NCBI GenBank assembly: GCA_052387695.1
Contig: JBQTIX010000044.1
Location: 54,620-118,619, forward strand
DNA from: Panacagrimonas sp.
GTDB lineage: Bacteria; Pseudomonadota; Gammaproteobacteria; Nevskiales; Nevskiaceae
Length of the DNA stretch: 64,000 nt
Reading direction: 5' to 3'
The notes below the pieces were generated by a model. It was given only the letters and a program-made list of their open reading frames with translations, made no database searches and was not told the origin of the DNA. Below are positions 54,566 to 62,919 of this stretch, one piece after another (the stretch's first letter is position 1; each line of letters begins with the position of its first letter). A program made the translations under genes and the position numbers.

Positions 54566-55222
54566 TCACACGACCGGGAACGCGATGCCGCCGTAGTCGA
54601 CCTCCGGGTGTTCGAGCATTAGCTCAAGGGTGATGGGCACCAGGTCGCCGAGCAGGGATGCTCCATCGCCGACCTGCTGCCGATTGACGCGCCCGTTCCA
54701 GGTCGCGCCCCCGTGGACCAGCTGATTGCGCAGGACGTATAGCCGGTCGAATACGATCCCCAGTACCACCAGCGTGTCCTGGCCCATGACCGAGCGCAGC
54801 GCAGCCTTCTGGCCGGCGGTGAACTGCTGCTTCCAGGCATCGCTGCTGTCGTGCTCGCGCAGCGCGCGCCAGAAAGGTTCGAAGACGAACCGATTGTCGA
54901 TGAGCACGCGCACCGGCCCGGTGAACTTCTCGAAGATCAGCCGGTGCAGCCGCTGCTCCGAATCCACGGAGAGCAGCCGCGCCAAGAACTGCCTCAGCAG
55001 TTCGCGTTCCGTCTGCTCGAATCCAAACGCTTGCGCATAGGCGGCGTTGAAGGCGATCCACAGGAAGATGAACCTTGCGTCGAGGTCCTCCGCTTCGGCC
55101 TCGGCGCGACGCAGCCAGGAGACGGCGCGATGGATACGAATGCGCGTGTCCTGGTCGTAGCTCGCCTCGCGATCCTTGAGTTTCGCCTTCAGCGCATCGG
55201 CCTGTGCTTGCATTGCGGACAT
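54566..55222 (-). CDS. HEPN-like protein (putative RNase / abortive-infection-type toxin), 218 aa
   Basis: C-terminal LYVLRNQLVHGGATW contains the HEPN Rx4-6H motif in its common RNxxxHG form; otherwise all-alpha composition. Family not assignable from sequence alone. Confidence 0.5.
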   Translation of the reverse strand: MSAMQAQADALKAKLKDREASYDQDTRIRIHRAVSWLRRAEAEAEDLDARFIFLWIAFNAAYAQAFGFEQTERELLRQFLARLLSVDSEQRLHRLIFEKFTGPVRVLIDNRFVFEPFWRALREHDSSDAWKQQFTAGQKAALRSVMGQDTLVVLGIVFDRLYVLRNQLVHGGATWNGRVNRQQVGDGASLLGDLVPITLELMLEHPEVDYGGIAFPVV

Positions 55223-55435
55223 GGGGCGTGAGCGGTAGTGGCGGTTCCCTACTGTGATGGACGAATTTCGTAGATCGCAAGTCCTTGGTTTTGGGGTGCT
55301 CGCGACGACAGGGTCATGGCCTAAACGCTCGGGGAGTCAACGGCTTCCTCTGTTCGGGAGGCTCTAGCGGGCGCAAACTCGCACCGAGAGGGCCATGGCA
55401 GAAGTGCCGCGCCGTGATAACAGAACGCCAAGGGG

Positions 55436-56737
55436 ATGTGGGTGAACTTAGCCGAGCAAAAGAAGAACTTTGTGACAGAACAACTGTTGGCGGCCTATAA
55501 GAAACCTGTGCCGGCGATCGCGGAAATAGCGGGTTTTGAACTGTCGGTCGACGAGGAAAGATTTCCGGCGGTCGTGCAGGAAACCTCCTATCGGGCGTTC
55601 GCCCCGGCGAACGTCGGTGTCCACCTTCCGCGGTTTCAGGCGCTGGCCGAACGTTTGGCGTCTGAGCGCCCAGCCGCCGTTCGGGCGCTGATCGAGGAGG
55701 AAATCGAATGGGCCGCCGGCATCGAATCTGGATTTGTCCCCGAACTCCGCCCCCGCTCGCTGCGGCGATATCGCGCCGCCTTATCGGTCCTAGTCGACCT
55801 GCTGGGCCAGAACTGGGTCTATCGATTCCGTGATCACCAACTGGAGATGGCGCCTCCCGACTTCACCGAGGCATCCAGTTCGCCAGAAGGTGTCGCGAAG
55901 CAGAAGCGGCAAATCAGGCTGGCAATGAAGACGGAGAGGCTGGCGCAACTGCAGCCCGAATCTGTTCGTCGATTCATTTTTGAAATGGAGGCCTCCAGAT
56001 CCCACCACGGGAAGCCCGAATGCTCAATCCTGGACTTGGTCGCCGACGGCAGCGCCTTGATCGACGACCTGACCGCCGCCAAGGCCGCTCTGGATGCTGG
56101 CAACGCAGAGCCGTTTCTAAACGTCGTTCAGCCCTATCTTCAGCTCGCGCAAGAGGATGATCGCTGCCCCGAGACCGGCCTGCGTCTGATCGATATTTGG
56201 CGTTATTTCCGCTATTTCTGGTCGCTGCCGTACTTCAGCACGCCAGGCCGAAACCTGTTCTATCTGGTCCGAGATCGGGCCCGCCCATTTCACCCTATCA
56301 TCGGCATCGCAGCTCTCGGCAACTTGATCGTACGTTTAGCAGATCGGGAGCGATTCCTGGGTTGGGACGTGGAGGGCATCCAGGCGTCTGTCGACGCCGC
56401 CCCTGATCCAGCCGAGCGGCAGACGCTTTTGGAACATCTGTATCGGCACTACTTGCGACAACTCGAAGTCGATATTGCCTCGCTGGACCCCAAGGGGATT
56501 GTGACGGCGGCCGAACTTGCGGCACCGACCATGGATCTTGTCCAGCGGCTCCTGTCAGATGCCCGCGAGAGTGCTTACCGAAGCGTCCGACGTACGTCGT
56601 CGGTCGTCGGTCGTCATAGCCTCTGGGGCTGTGTCGCGACCGATGACGCAAAGGCAGACGTCCTCGTCATCGGCGGCCGCACGTGCTTGGGCAAGCGAGA
56701 GGCGAATTGGCGTACCTTCGGTTCCGGCTTGGTATGA
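55436..56737 (+). CDS. Hypothetical protein (433 aa); central region RLIDIWRYFRYFWSLPYFSTPGRNLFYLVRDRARPFHPIIGIAALGN. Possibly DUF4338-like, but this is a recollection, not a verified match.
   Basis: Divergent from the HEPN-like gene. C-terminal ~60 codons overlap the convergent gene 56555-58216, so the true 3' end or frame is uncertain. Confidence 0.45.
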   Translation: MWVNLAEQKKNFVTEQLLAAYKKPVPAIAEIAGFELSVDEERFPAVVQETSYRAFAPANVGVHLPRFQALAERLASERPAAVRALIEEEIEWAAGIESGFVPELRPRSLRRYRAALSVLVDLLGQNWVYRFRDHQLEMAPPDFTEASSSPEGVAKQKRQIRLAMKTERLAQLQPESVRRFIFEMEASRSHHGKPECSILDLVADGSALIDDLTAAKAALDAGNAEPFLNVVQPYLQLAQEDDRCPETGLRLIDIWRYFRYFWSLPYFSTPGRNLFYLVRDRARPFHPIIGIAALGNLIVRLADRERFLGWDVEGIQASVDAAPDPAERQTLLEHLYRHYLRQLEVDIASLDPKGIVTAAELAAPTMDLVQRLLSDARESAYRSVRRTSSVVGRHSLWGCVATDDAKADVLVIGGRTCLGKREANWRTFGSGLV

Positions 56738-58216
56738 CTTCACCTCGATGCGCATCGACCACGCGCTGAAACGATCGCGCAGTTCAAAATCGTAGGTGCC
56801 CGTCCCTTGGTACCGGAGATCCGCGCCCCCGGGTTCGCCGGACTGCACGACGATCCCGGTCTCGAAGAGGGCGTCCGCGAACGCCTTTTCCGCCAGTTGT
56901 CCGATTTTTAGCAGCCGTCTGAAGTCGGCTTGCTCCTGGGCGATTGCCTCCGCATGGCTCAGTCCGGCAGCCAATGAAGTCGGGTCCGCTGCGAGTTTTC
57001 GCACCCGCGCCATGTCGACGCCTGATCGACGGATTTCCAGGTACTCGCGGCACCCCTCGCGATCGCCAGAAAGCTCCAAAAGGTCTTCGGTGCACGAGCC
57101 GGTCAGCAGCAGCAGGTGAGTGCGGCACTCGGTGGACATCAACGCCTGCGAGAGTTTGGCGTTGTCGGCCTTCCATTTCTGAAGACGAATCAGCGCGTCG
57201 CGATGGAGCTCTGCGTGGAGGTGCTTGATCTGCAGGACCGCGTCGCTCAGCTGACGCCCCAGGTCGACTAGGGTGAGCCGTCCCGGGAGGGGTAGGTCGA
57301 CGCCAAGCGGCATCAGGCTTGCCATCCAATCCATGGCGGGATCGAGTTCGTGGAGGTTCTCGAATATCTCCGTGCCGACGTCGTGCTCTTGCCCTCCGTC
57401 AAACGCACGCATTTCGTAGGCCGCTTTGAAGTCTCCTCGGCGATTAGGAATCACCTTTCGCTCGCCGATCGCGACTAGTCCGAGATGCCGAAGGCAGCGC
57501 CCGAGCCACTGCTCGGCCTGCTCTGCGGAAAGTCTGAGATGGGCTGCAAGAGCCGCGACCATGCCGGTCCGTTCGATGGTTTTGAGAATTGCTTCAAGAG
57601 CCCAACTCATGGCGGGATCGAAGTCGAACCCCTTTAGACTCGCGATGACGAAAGTCTCCCCCGGGCCGCGGGAGAGATCGTTGAGGAACGATGCGTGTCC
57701 CTGGCGACGTTCGTCGGCCGGAACGCTTGGCTCGACGAGGCCGAGGATCTTCGAGATCACGCGTGCCATCGCGTTGGCGTCCTTCCCGAACTTACCTTGC
57801 CGGATGCGCCTGTTCACGTCATCTGACGCGTCGTACAGCTTGAGCTCGTTCAGTGGTTCGGAAAGCTGCATGCCTTGATGGATCAGCAACGTCCGCCAGT
57901 CGGCGCCGACGGCGTGCAGAATGTCGAGCACAGGCTCCCCGATTGGACTCGTAGCCGATTCCTGGGCCAACTCGTGCCGGGCCTTGAGGACGCCGAAGCG
58001 ATTCGGGATCACCGCAAAACCTCGCGAACGGTCGAGCAGACCACCGAGGCTGTATCGAGACAGTAGGCCACAGAGCGCGCTGCACCATGCCAGCTTCTCT
58101 GTGTCGCCACCTGCAACTGGCATTGCGGCGAGGGTTCCGCATTTGGTCACATCGGCAAGCATATCCTCCGGTTCGAACCGCATCCCGGGCAGGCCCCAGC
58201 CGGCTTCGATGAGCAT
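56555..58216 (-). CDS. Large hypothetical protein with a DUF3883-like C-terminal domain (restriction-endonuclease-like fold)
   Basis: C-terminus …GTGTYDFELRDRFSAWSMRIEVKSYQAGTEGTPIRLSLAQARAAADDEDVCLCVI resembles the DUF3883 pattern (GYDfe…IEVK…S..E). The track ORF extends to 58528, but residues 1-58 are encoded by the tandem-repeat region, so ATG 58216 (MLIEAGWGLPG) is proposed. Confidence 0.5.
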   Translation of the reverse strand: MLIEAGWGLPGMRFEPEDMLADVTKCGTLAAMPVAGGDTEKLAWCSALCGLLSRYSLGGLLDRSRGFAVIPNRFGVLKARHELAQESATSPIGEPVLDILHAVGADWRTLLIHQGMQLSEPLNELKLYDASDDVNRRIRQGKFGKDANAMARVISKILGLVEPSVPADERRQGHASFLNDLSRGPGETFVIASLKGFDFDPAMSWALEAILKTIERTGMVAALAAHLRLSAEQAEQWLGRCLRHLGLVAIGERKVIPNRRGDFKAAYEMRAFDGGQEHDVGTEIFENLHELDPAMDWMASLMPLGVDLPLPGRLTLVDLGRQLSDAVLQIKHLHAELHRDALIRLQKWKADNAKLSQALMSTECRTHLLLLTGSCTEDLLELSGDREGCREYLEIRRSGVDMARVRKLAADPTSLAAGLSHAEAIAQEQADFRRLLKIGQLAEKAFADALFETGIVVQSGEPGGADLRYQGTGTYDFELRDRFSAWSMRIEVKSYQAGTEGTPIRLSLAQARAAADDEDVCLCVIGRDTAPEAMTTDDRRRTSDASVSTLAGI

Positions 58217-58462
58217 CCCCCATTTCGCGTTGAGCTCCGGAAGGGGAACGACGTCGAGCCCCAGGTAATCGGCGGCGAGGGCGTGAAACTCCTTCGAGGC
58301 CGGTTCTGTGCGGTTGTCCGCGTGTTTTATGCAGGGCACGGGACAGTGCTGGCATGGGTTACTCCGAATCTGGCTTAAGGGGCATTCCGAATTTGTGTGC
58401 TGGCATGAAGAGATCGAATCCGGACCCCGCAGGCCGCGGGGTCCGGACTCGTTGTCGGGCTT

Positions 58463-58830
58463 ACCGACAGCGGTCATACCGCCTCGTGGTGTACGCCACG
58501 CCATGGACTCGAAGGTGTCCGCCGCCAAGTGCGGGTCCGGATTCAGCCGGTGCCGGGAGTACCGGCGGCGGTCTTACCGCCTCGTGGTATTCGCCACGCG
58601 TAGACTCGAACGAGTCCTAAACCGCCAAGTGCGGGGTCCGGATTCAACCGGTGCCGGGGATACCGGCGGCGGTCATACCGCCTCGTGGTGTATGCCACGC
58701 CAGAGACTCGAATCGAGTCCGCTTCCGCTCGTCGCGGGCCCGGGGCTGGCCCGGGGCTGGCCCAGGGCCGGGATTGCCAGCAGCGGTTTTTCTCCGCCTC
58801 GTGGTGGTGCCACGCCTGCCCAGTGCGTAG
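58463..58830. repeat. About 3.5 tandem copies of a ~100-bp highly structured unit (period 98, 101, 116 bp), each containing several perfect hairpins (e.g. GGCGG…CCGCC, CGTGGtgtacgCCACG, ACTCgaacGAGT, CCGGattcaaCCGG)
   Basis: Read directly. An 11-bp-stem hairpin (CCGGACCCCGCaggccGCGGGGTCCGG) lies just upstream at ~58414-58440. One frame spuriously encodes AWRTPRGGMTAAGIPGTG three times. Confidence 0.7.
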
Positions 58831-59193
58831 GGCATCGCCAGATCGAATTGCAAATCGGTGATGTTCGTTTGTACTCGCCGGCACGGACTCCAAGATGCGG
58901 TCAAACGTTGTAAGCGTTTTCCTCAGAGGTACTTGCGACGATGCTGCCATCAGCTGTCGTTAGATCGCGAAGAGGCGCGGAGATATCGCGCACCGTTCCT
59001 GGCGTCCCGTTGCCGGTGCTGCCGGTGCTGCTGATGCGCACGCGGTTACGCGCGAAGATCTCCGCAAGCACATCCGGTTCATCAGGGATCTGGTCGCGGC
59101 GACCGACCTTTACTTGGCCGCAACGATGTAGCGGCGCGTGGCCGGCAAGCGCGTAACCGCCTCCCGGGTGCCGAGGCGGCCAATATGCAGAGG

Positions 59194-59224
59194 AGACACC
59201 GCGGGCCTGAGCCCGCGGTGTCTC
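59194..59224 (-). terminator. Perfect 14-bp-stem hairpin GAGACACCGCGGGC-ctga-GCCCGCGGTGTCTC overlapping the rtcB stop codon (terminator-like; no U-run)
   Basis: Read directly. Confidence 0.4.
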
Positions 59225-60398
59225 ATCCCTTCACGCACATCACCTGCTTGAGCGTATGCACGACCTCCACGAGGTCGGACTGGTTGGCCATCACGGCGTC
59301 GATGTCCTTGTAGGCCCCGGGGATCTCGTCCAGCACCCCGCCGTCCTTGCGGCACTCCACGCCCTCCGTCTGGCGCTTCAGGTCCTCCACCGTGAAGTGG
59401 CGGTTGGCCTCGTTGCGCGACATCTTGCGACCCGCGCCGTGGGCACACGAGCACAGCGATTCCGGATCGCCCTTGCCGCGCACGATGTAGCTGCGCGCAC
59501 CCATGCTGCCCGGAATGATGCCGAGGTCGCCCGCGCCGGCACGGATTGCACCCTTGCGGGTCACCCACACGTCCGCGCCGTAGTGATGCTCGCGCGCCAC
59601 ATAATTGTGGTGGCAGTTGATCGCCTCCTGCGTCGGCGTGAACGGCGGCAGGTGACGCGCCAGTGCCGTGAGCACCAGCGTCATCATCGCGCGACGGTTC
59701 TCCATGGCGTAGTCCTGCGCCCAGCCCACGGCTTCCAGGTAGTCGTCGAACAGCTCGCTGCCCTCCACGAGGTAGGCGAGGTCCCGATCCGGGAGCTGGA
59801 TTAAGTGCCGCTCCATCTCCTTGCGCGCCGACTCGATGAAGAACTGCCCGATGCGGTTGCCGATGCCGCGCGAACCCGAGTGCAGCATCACCCACACGTC
59901 GTCGTTCTCATCGAGACACAGCTCGATGAAGTGATTCCCGCCGCCAAGCGATCCCATCTGCCCCTGCCAGTCGGCCTTGAGCTTGGGGTACTTTGCCTGG
60001 ATGGTCTCGAGGCCCGGCGCGATGCGCTCCAGCGCATCAACCTGCCAGCGGGCATCCTTGTGCGCGCCCATGCCCACCGGCACATCGCGCTCGATCTGGG
60101 AACGAATCGTCTTGAGGCTGTCCGGCAGCGCCGAGGCCTTCAGCGACAGGCGTACCGCATTCATGCCGCAGCCGATGTCCACTCCGACCGCGGCCGGGAT
60201 GATCGCGCCCTTCGTGGGGATCACGGAGCCCACGGTTGCGCCGATACCCAGATGCACATCGGGCATGGCCGCCACATGGTGGTGAATGAACGGCAGGCTC
60301 GCGATGTTCGCAAGCTGCGCCTGCGCGTTGTCGGCGATATCGTCGGTGTAGATCTTCACGGGCACCTTGCCCTGTGACAGAACCTTTCGGATTGGCAT
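59223..60398 (-). CDS. rtcB: RNA-splicing ligase RtcB (3'-phosphate/5'-OH RNA ligase)
   Basis: 391 aa with RtcB hallmarks: metal/GMP-binding His/Cys/Asp residues (…DIGCGMNAV…, GGGNHFIEL, MLHSGSRGIGN, HNYV…, CSCAHGAGR). Confidence 0.9.
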   Translation of the reverse strand: MPIRKVLSQGKVPVKIYTDDIADNAQAQLANIASLPFIHHHVAAMPDVHLGIGATVGSVIPTKGAIIPAAVGVDIGCGMNAVRLSLKASALPDSLKTIRSQIERDVPVGMGAHKDARWQVDALERIAPGLETIQAKYPKLKADWQGQMGSLGGGNHFIELCLDENDDVWVMLHSGSRGIGNRIGQFFIESARKEMERHLIQLPDRDLAYLVEGSELFDDYLEAVGWAQDYAMENRRAMMTLVLTALARHLPPFTPTQEAINCHHNYVAREHHYGADVWVTRKGAIRAGAGDLGIIPGSMGARSYIVRGKGDPESLCSCAHGAGRKMSRNEANRHFTVEDLKRQTEGVECRKDGGVLDEIPGAYKDIDAVMANQSDLVEVVHTLKQVMCVKG

Positions 60399-60470
60399 GA
60401 CACGTCTCTCTTGAAAAGAGCCGCCCGGTCCCCGGGCGGCTAATGGTTTACTACGTTTCGGTGATCCATC

Positions 60471-61598
60471 TCACTTCGCCTTCAGGCTCACGAGCTGGCC
60501 CAGCAGGCCTTCCAGACCACCAAAGACCGTCAGCTTCTCGATCTTCTCGGTCACCTTCTCCAGCGCTTCCAGCTCCTTGAGTCGCATCAGGGTCGGGCTC
60601 TCCTCGATCAGCTTGGCGCTGTTGAGCAGGGAACGGGTTGCGTTCGCCTCCTCGCGGCGGCGAATCACGTTGGCCTGCGCCGCCTTCTCCGCCTGTACCA
60701 CGCTGTTGAGAATCTCCTTCATCTCGCCCGGCAGGATCACGTCCTTCACGCCGACACCGAGAACCTCGATACCCATCTCGGAAACGCGACCCTTCGCGTA
60801 CGAAAAGATGTCCGCGTCCAGGCTCGCCTTGTCGCCGAGCAGCTCGTCCAGCGTCTTTGCAGAAACCGCCTTGCGCAGACCGAACTGCAGCTCGCGGTAC
60901 AGGTAGTCCAGGTACTTGGCGACCTTGGTCTTCACCGTTACCGCATCCGTCACGCGGATGCTGGCCGACAGGTTCACACGCAGGCTCACCTTGTCCTTGG
61001 TCAACAGCTCCTGACCCGCCACCTCGACACTCTGCACGCGCAGCTCGATCACCTCCGCGCTCACGTTCTTCTGGAAGTTCCAGAAGGCATAGGCGCCCGG
61101 CGCCAGGGTCCGCGACAGCTTGCCGTCGACAAACACCAGGCCCGCGGACTCCGCCGGCACGTTCACCGCCACGGCGAAACGCTCCAGCACGCCGATCTGG
61201 CGCAGGCGCTTGGCCGCCGCGTCCGGAACTTCGAGACCCTCCGTCAGCGGCAGCTTCTCCACCGACACCGACACCGGGCCCTTCCAGTACAGCTTGCGGC
61301 TACCCGGTGCGAGCACGTCTTCCAGCTTGCCGTTCTTCGACACCAGGCCGACCTCGGTCACCGCGATATCGGCGAGCACAAACGTGTCGGCCAGCGCGGC
61401 GCCGAGACGCTGCACCAGAACCTCCACATCCTTGCCCGCGTATTCCACGGCCGCGAGATCGAACATGCGCACCTCGCTGCGCGCGAGCAGATCCCAGATC
61501 CAGGTCACGCCCGGACCGAGCACCCGCTCGAAACGACGGTTCTTGTAGAGCAGGGCGCGCTCACCGTCGCCAACCACGACCCGCTTGATTCCCAACAT
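60471..61598 (-). CDS. SPFH/band-7 (stomatin/prohibitin/flotillin-like) domain protein
   Basis: 375 aa; characteristic SPFH segment DVILPGEMKEILNSVVQAEKAAQANVIRRREEANATRS and C-terminal coiled coil. Internal ATG 61598 chosen (the upstream ORF extension is Cys/Arg-rich junk). Confidence 0.8.
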   Translation of the reverse strand: MLGIKRVVVGDGERALLYKNRRFERVLGPGVTWIWDLLARSEVRMFDLAAVEYAGKDVEVLVQRLGAALADTFVLADIAVTEVGLVSKNGKLEDVLAPGSRKLYWKGPVSVSVEKLPLTEGLEVPDAAAKRLRQIGVLERFAVAVNVPAESAGLVFVDGKLSRTLAPGAYAFWNFQKNVSAEVIELRVQSVEVAGQELLTKDKVSLRVNLSASIRVTDAVTVKTKVAKYLDYLYRELQFGLRKAVSAKTLDELLGDKASLDADIFSYAKGRVSEMGIEVLGVGVKDVILPGEMKEILNSVVQAEKAAQANVIRRREEANATRSLLNSAKLIEESPTLMRLKELEALEKVTEKIEKLTVFGGLEGLLGQLVSLKAK

Positions 61599-61932
61599 GG
61601 CATTTCTCCTTTGGGGGTGGTGGCAGCAACAACATCCAGTCCGCGCTCGCTGCCATGACGCGGACTGTTCAACGAAATAGGAAGGGCGGCCCCTGACGAC
61701 ACCGCGGGGAGAAAGGGCGATCACCGTCGGGAGATGGCGGGGTCCGGTACGCGGCCCGTGCCGACAGCACACGGTGATGCGTACCCTTGTCCGTCATCCG
61801 CCGAAAGCAACGGCGATCTCTCGGCCGTCGGTGTCGCTGTGGCTTCCGGACTCATCTGGCCGAGGCCCGAATCCGCCGGACGCCACACGGGGCTTCCCCG
61901 GTTTGCAGCAACACTGGTTTTCAAGACCAGAT

Positions 61933-62005
61933 CGAAGTGGAGCGGGAGTCGAACCCGCGACAGGCGCATTACGAATACGCTGCTCTACCCTCTGAGCTAT
62001 CCAGT
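61933..62005 (-). tRNA. tRNA-Thr(CGT)-like gene, probably a degenerate or remnant copy
   Basis: Minus strand reads CACTGGA-TA-GCTCAGAGGGTAGAGC-A-GCGTATTCGTAATGCGC-CTGTC-GCGGGTTCGACTCCCGC-TCCACTT-C. D, anticodon (CGT) and T arms are canonical, but the acceptor stem has 2 mismatches and no CCA. Confidence 0.45.
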
Positions 62006-62218
62006 GGTGAAAGGGCATCAGCCCTTCCGAGGCATCGGCCGTCGTGCGTCCACGGCATACGCACCGGCAATGCCGGGCGCACCGGACGGGTGGGACATCT
62101 CCCGAACCCGCGCCGCTGTGAACCGCCGTACAGATCGATGCCGATTGGCGTCTCGTGGGAAACGCCAATTCATGGGGCGGGCTGCGACATCAACTCCGCC
62201 GAATCTCGAACTCCTTCG

Positions 62219-62317
62219 CGAACGGAAAACAAAACGCCCCGGGAGGCAGGCCTTCCGGGGCGTTCGCGAATCTATCGGAAGGTCGGAGTACCGACCTTCC
62301 TGTTTGTCGTCAGGTCA
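62219..62317. terminator. Back-to-back terminator hairpins: CGCCCCGGgaggcaggccttCCGGGGCG with AAAACAAAA upstream (intrinsic terminator for the minus strand), and GGAAGGTCGGagtaCCGACCTTCC followed by TGTTTGT (plus strand)
   Basis: Read directly; GC-rich stems with flanking T/A-runs. Confidence 0.5.
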
Positions 62318-62597
62318 GGTCAGTCGATGGCAAGCATCGGCTACATTCGTCGGCAGGCTGGGCGCCCGCAAGCCGAACGACGCCGTGTCCAGGCATTCAT
62401 GCCCGGATGTGCGTGATGGTTGATGGGTGGACCTGAGAATCATCGAAGGTTGATTGGAAAAACTGCACCGACCGGTGCGAAGGGCGCGCACTCTACGCTC
62501 GGTGATTGTGAGATTCAACAAAGATTCCAAATAAATTGTGCAAGCGATCACGAACGTCCGGATTGCGCTTTGTGTTTTCGTTGCATCATTTCAGCGC

Positions 62598-62627
62598 TTG
62601 ATTTCGTTACTGTAGCACGCTACAGTA
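62598..62627 (+). promoter_or_regulatory. Sigma70-like promoter (TTGATT -35, 17-bp spacer, TACAGT -10) overlapped by a near-consensus LexA SOS box TACTGTAGCACGCTACAGTA (62608-62627)
   Basis: The box matches the E. coli-type consensus TACTGTA-N6-TACAGTA (CTGT-N8-ACAG) at all conserved positions and is embedded in the spacer/-10, the classic SOS promoter layout. Sits in a locally low-GC region. Confidence 0.6.
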
Positions 62628-62631
62628 ACGA

Positions 62632-62919
62632 CGCTGAACATCAAGGTCGAAAGACCGCTTTCACAGGATCACGAATTTCAATGTCACGCCATTCCACCCC
62701 ATCGCTTCAAGCGACGACCCGAGAAATCGGGACGGGTGGACTGTGCCCGTGGCATTCCTATTTGTTTGCGGACTTTGGTCTGCCCACGAATAAGGATTGT
62801 CTGCACATGCGGTAACCGCGACTCCACACCTTCGGGTGGCAGGTCGCAAACCTGCCAACCAGAACTGGTGAAGAGGGATTCCAGAATCACGGAACCCCCG
62901 GCAGGCCGAAAGGTTTGCC
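62632..62919 (+). ncRNA. Predicted SOS-inducible ~290-nt transcript (putative sRNA or small-protein mRNA). Contains hairpins and one 44-codon ORF (62681-62815, MSRHSTPSLQATTREIGTGGLCPWHSYLFADFGLPTNKDCLHMR). Ends in a strong intrinsic terminator CCCCCGGCA…TGCCGGGGG-TTTTT (62885-62919).
   Basis: Defined only by promoter/LexA box upstream and terminator downstream. No homology claimed. Confidence 0.35.

Noticed and set aside
58414-58830. Possible CRISPR array
   Set aside because: Units are ~100 bp, contiguous and similar to each other, not 28-37-bp repeats alternating with unique spacers. No cas genes in the window.
58354-58950. Short ORFs (58354-58620 +, 58644-58904 -, 58543-58950 -) and the N-terminal 100 codons of ORF 56555-58528 that repeatedly encode AWRTPRGGMTAAGIPGTG-like peptides
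   Set aside because: They are translations of the tandem ~100-bp structured repeats. The periodic peptide is a by-product of DNA repetition, not evidence of coding. No RBS or start-codon conservation.
60471-61772. N-terminal 58-codon extension of the SPFH ORF (MCCRHGPRTGP…CCCCHHPQRRNA)
   Set aside because: Cys/Arg/Pro-rich low-complexity GTG-initiated extension with no RBS. The conserved SPFH protein starts at ATG 61598 with a good Shine-Dalgarno (GGAGAAATGCC).
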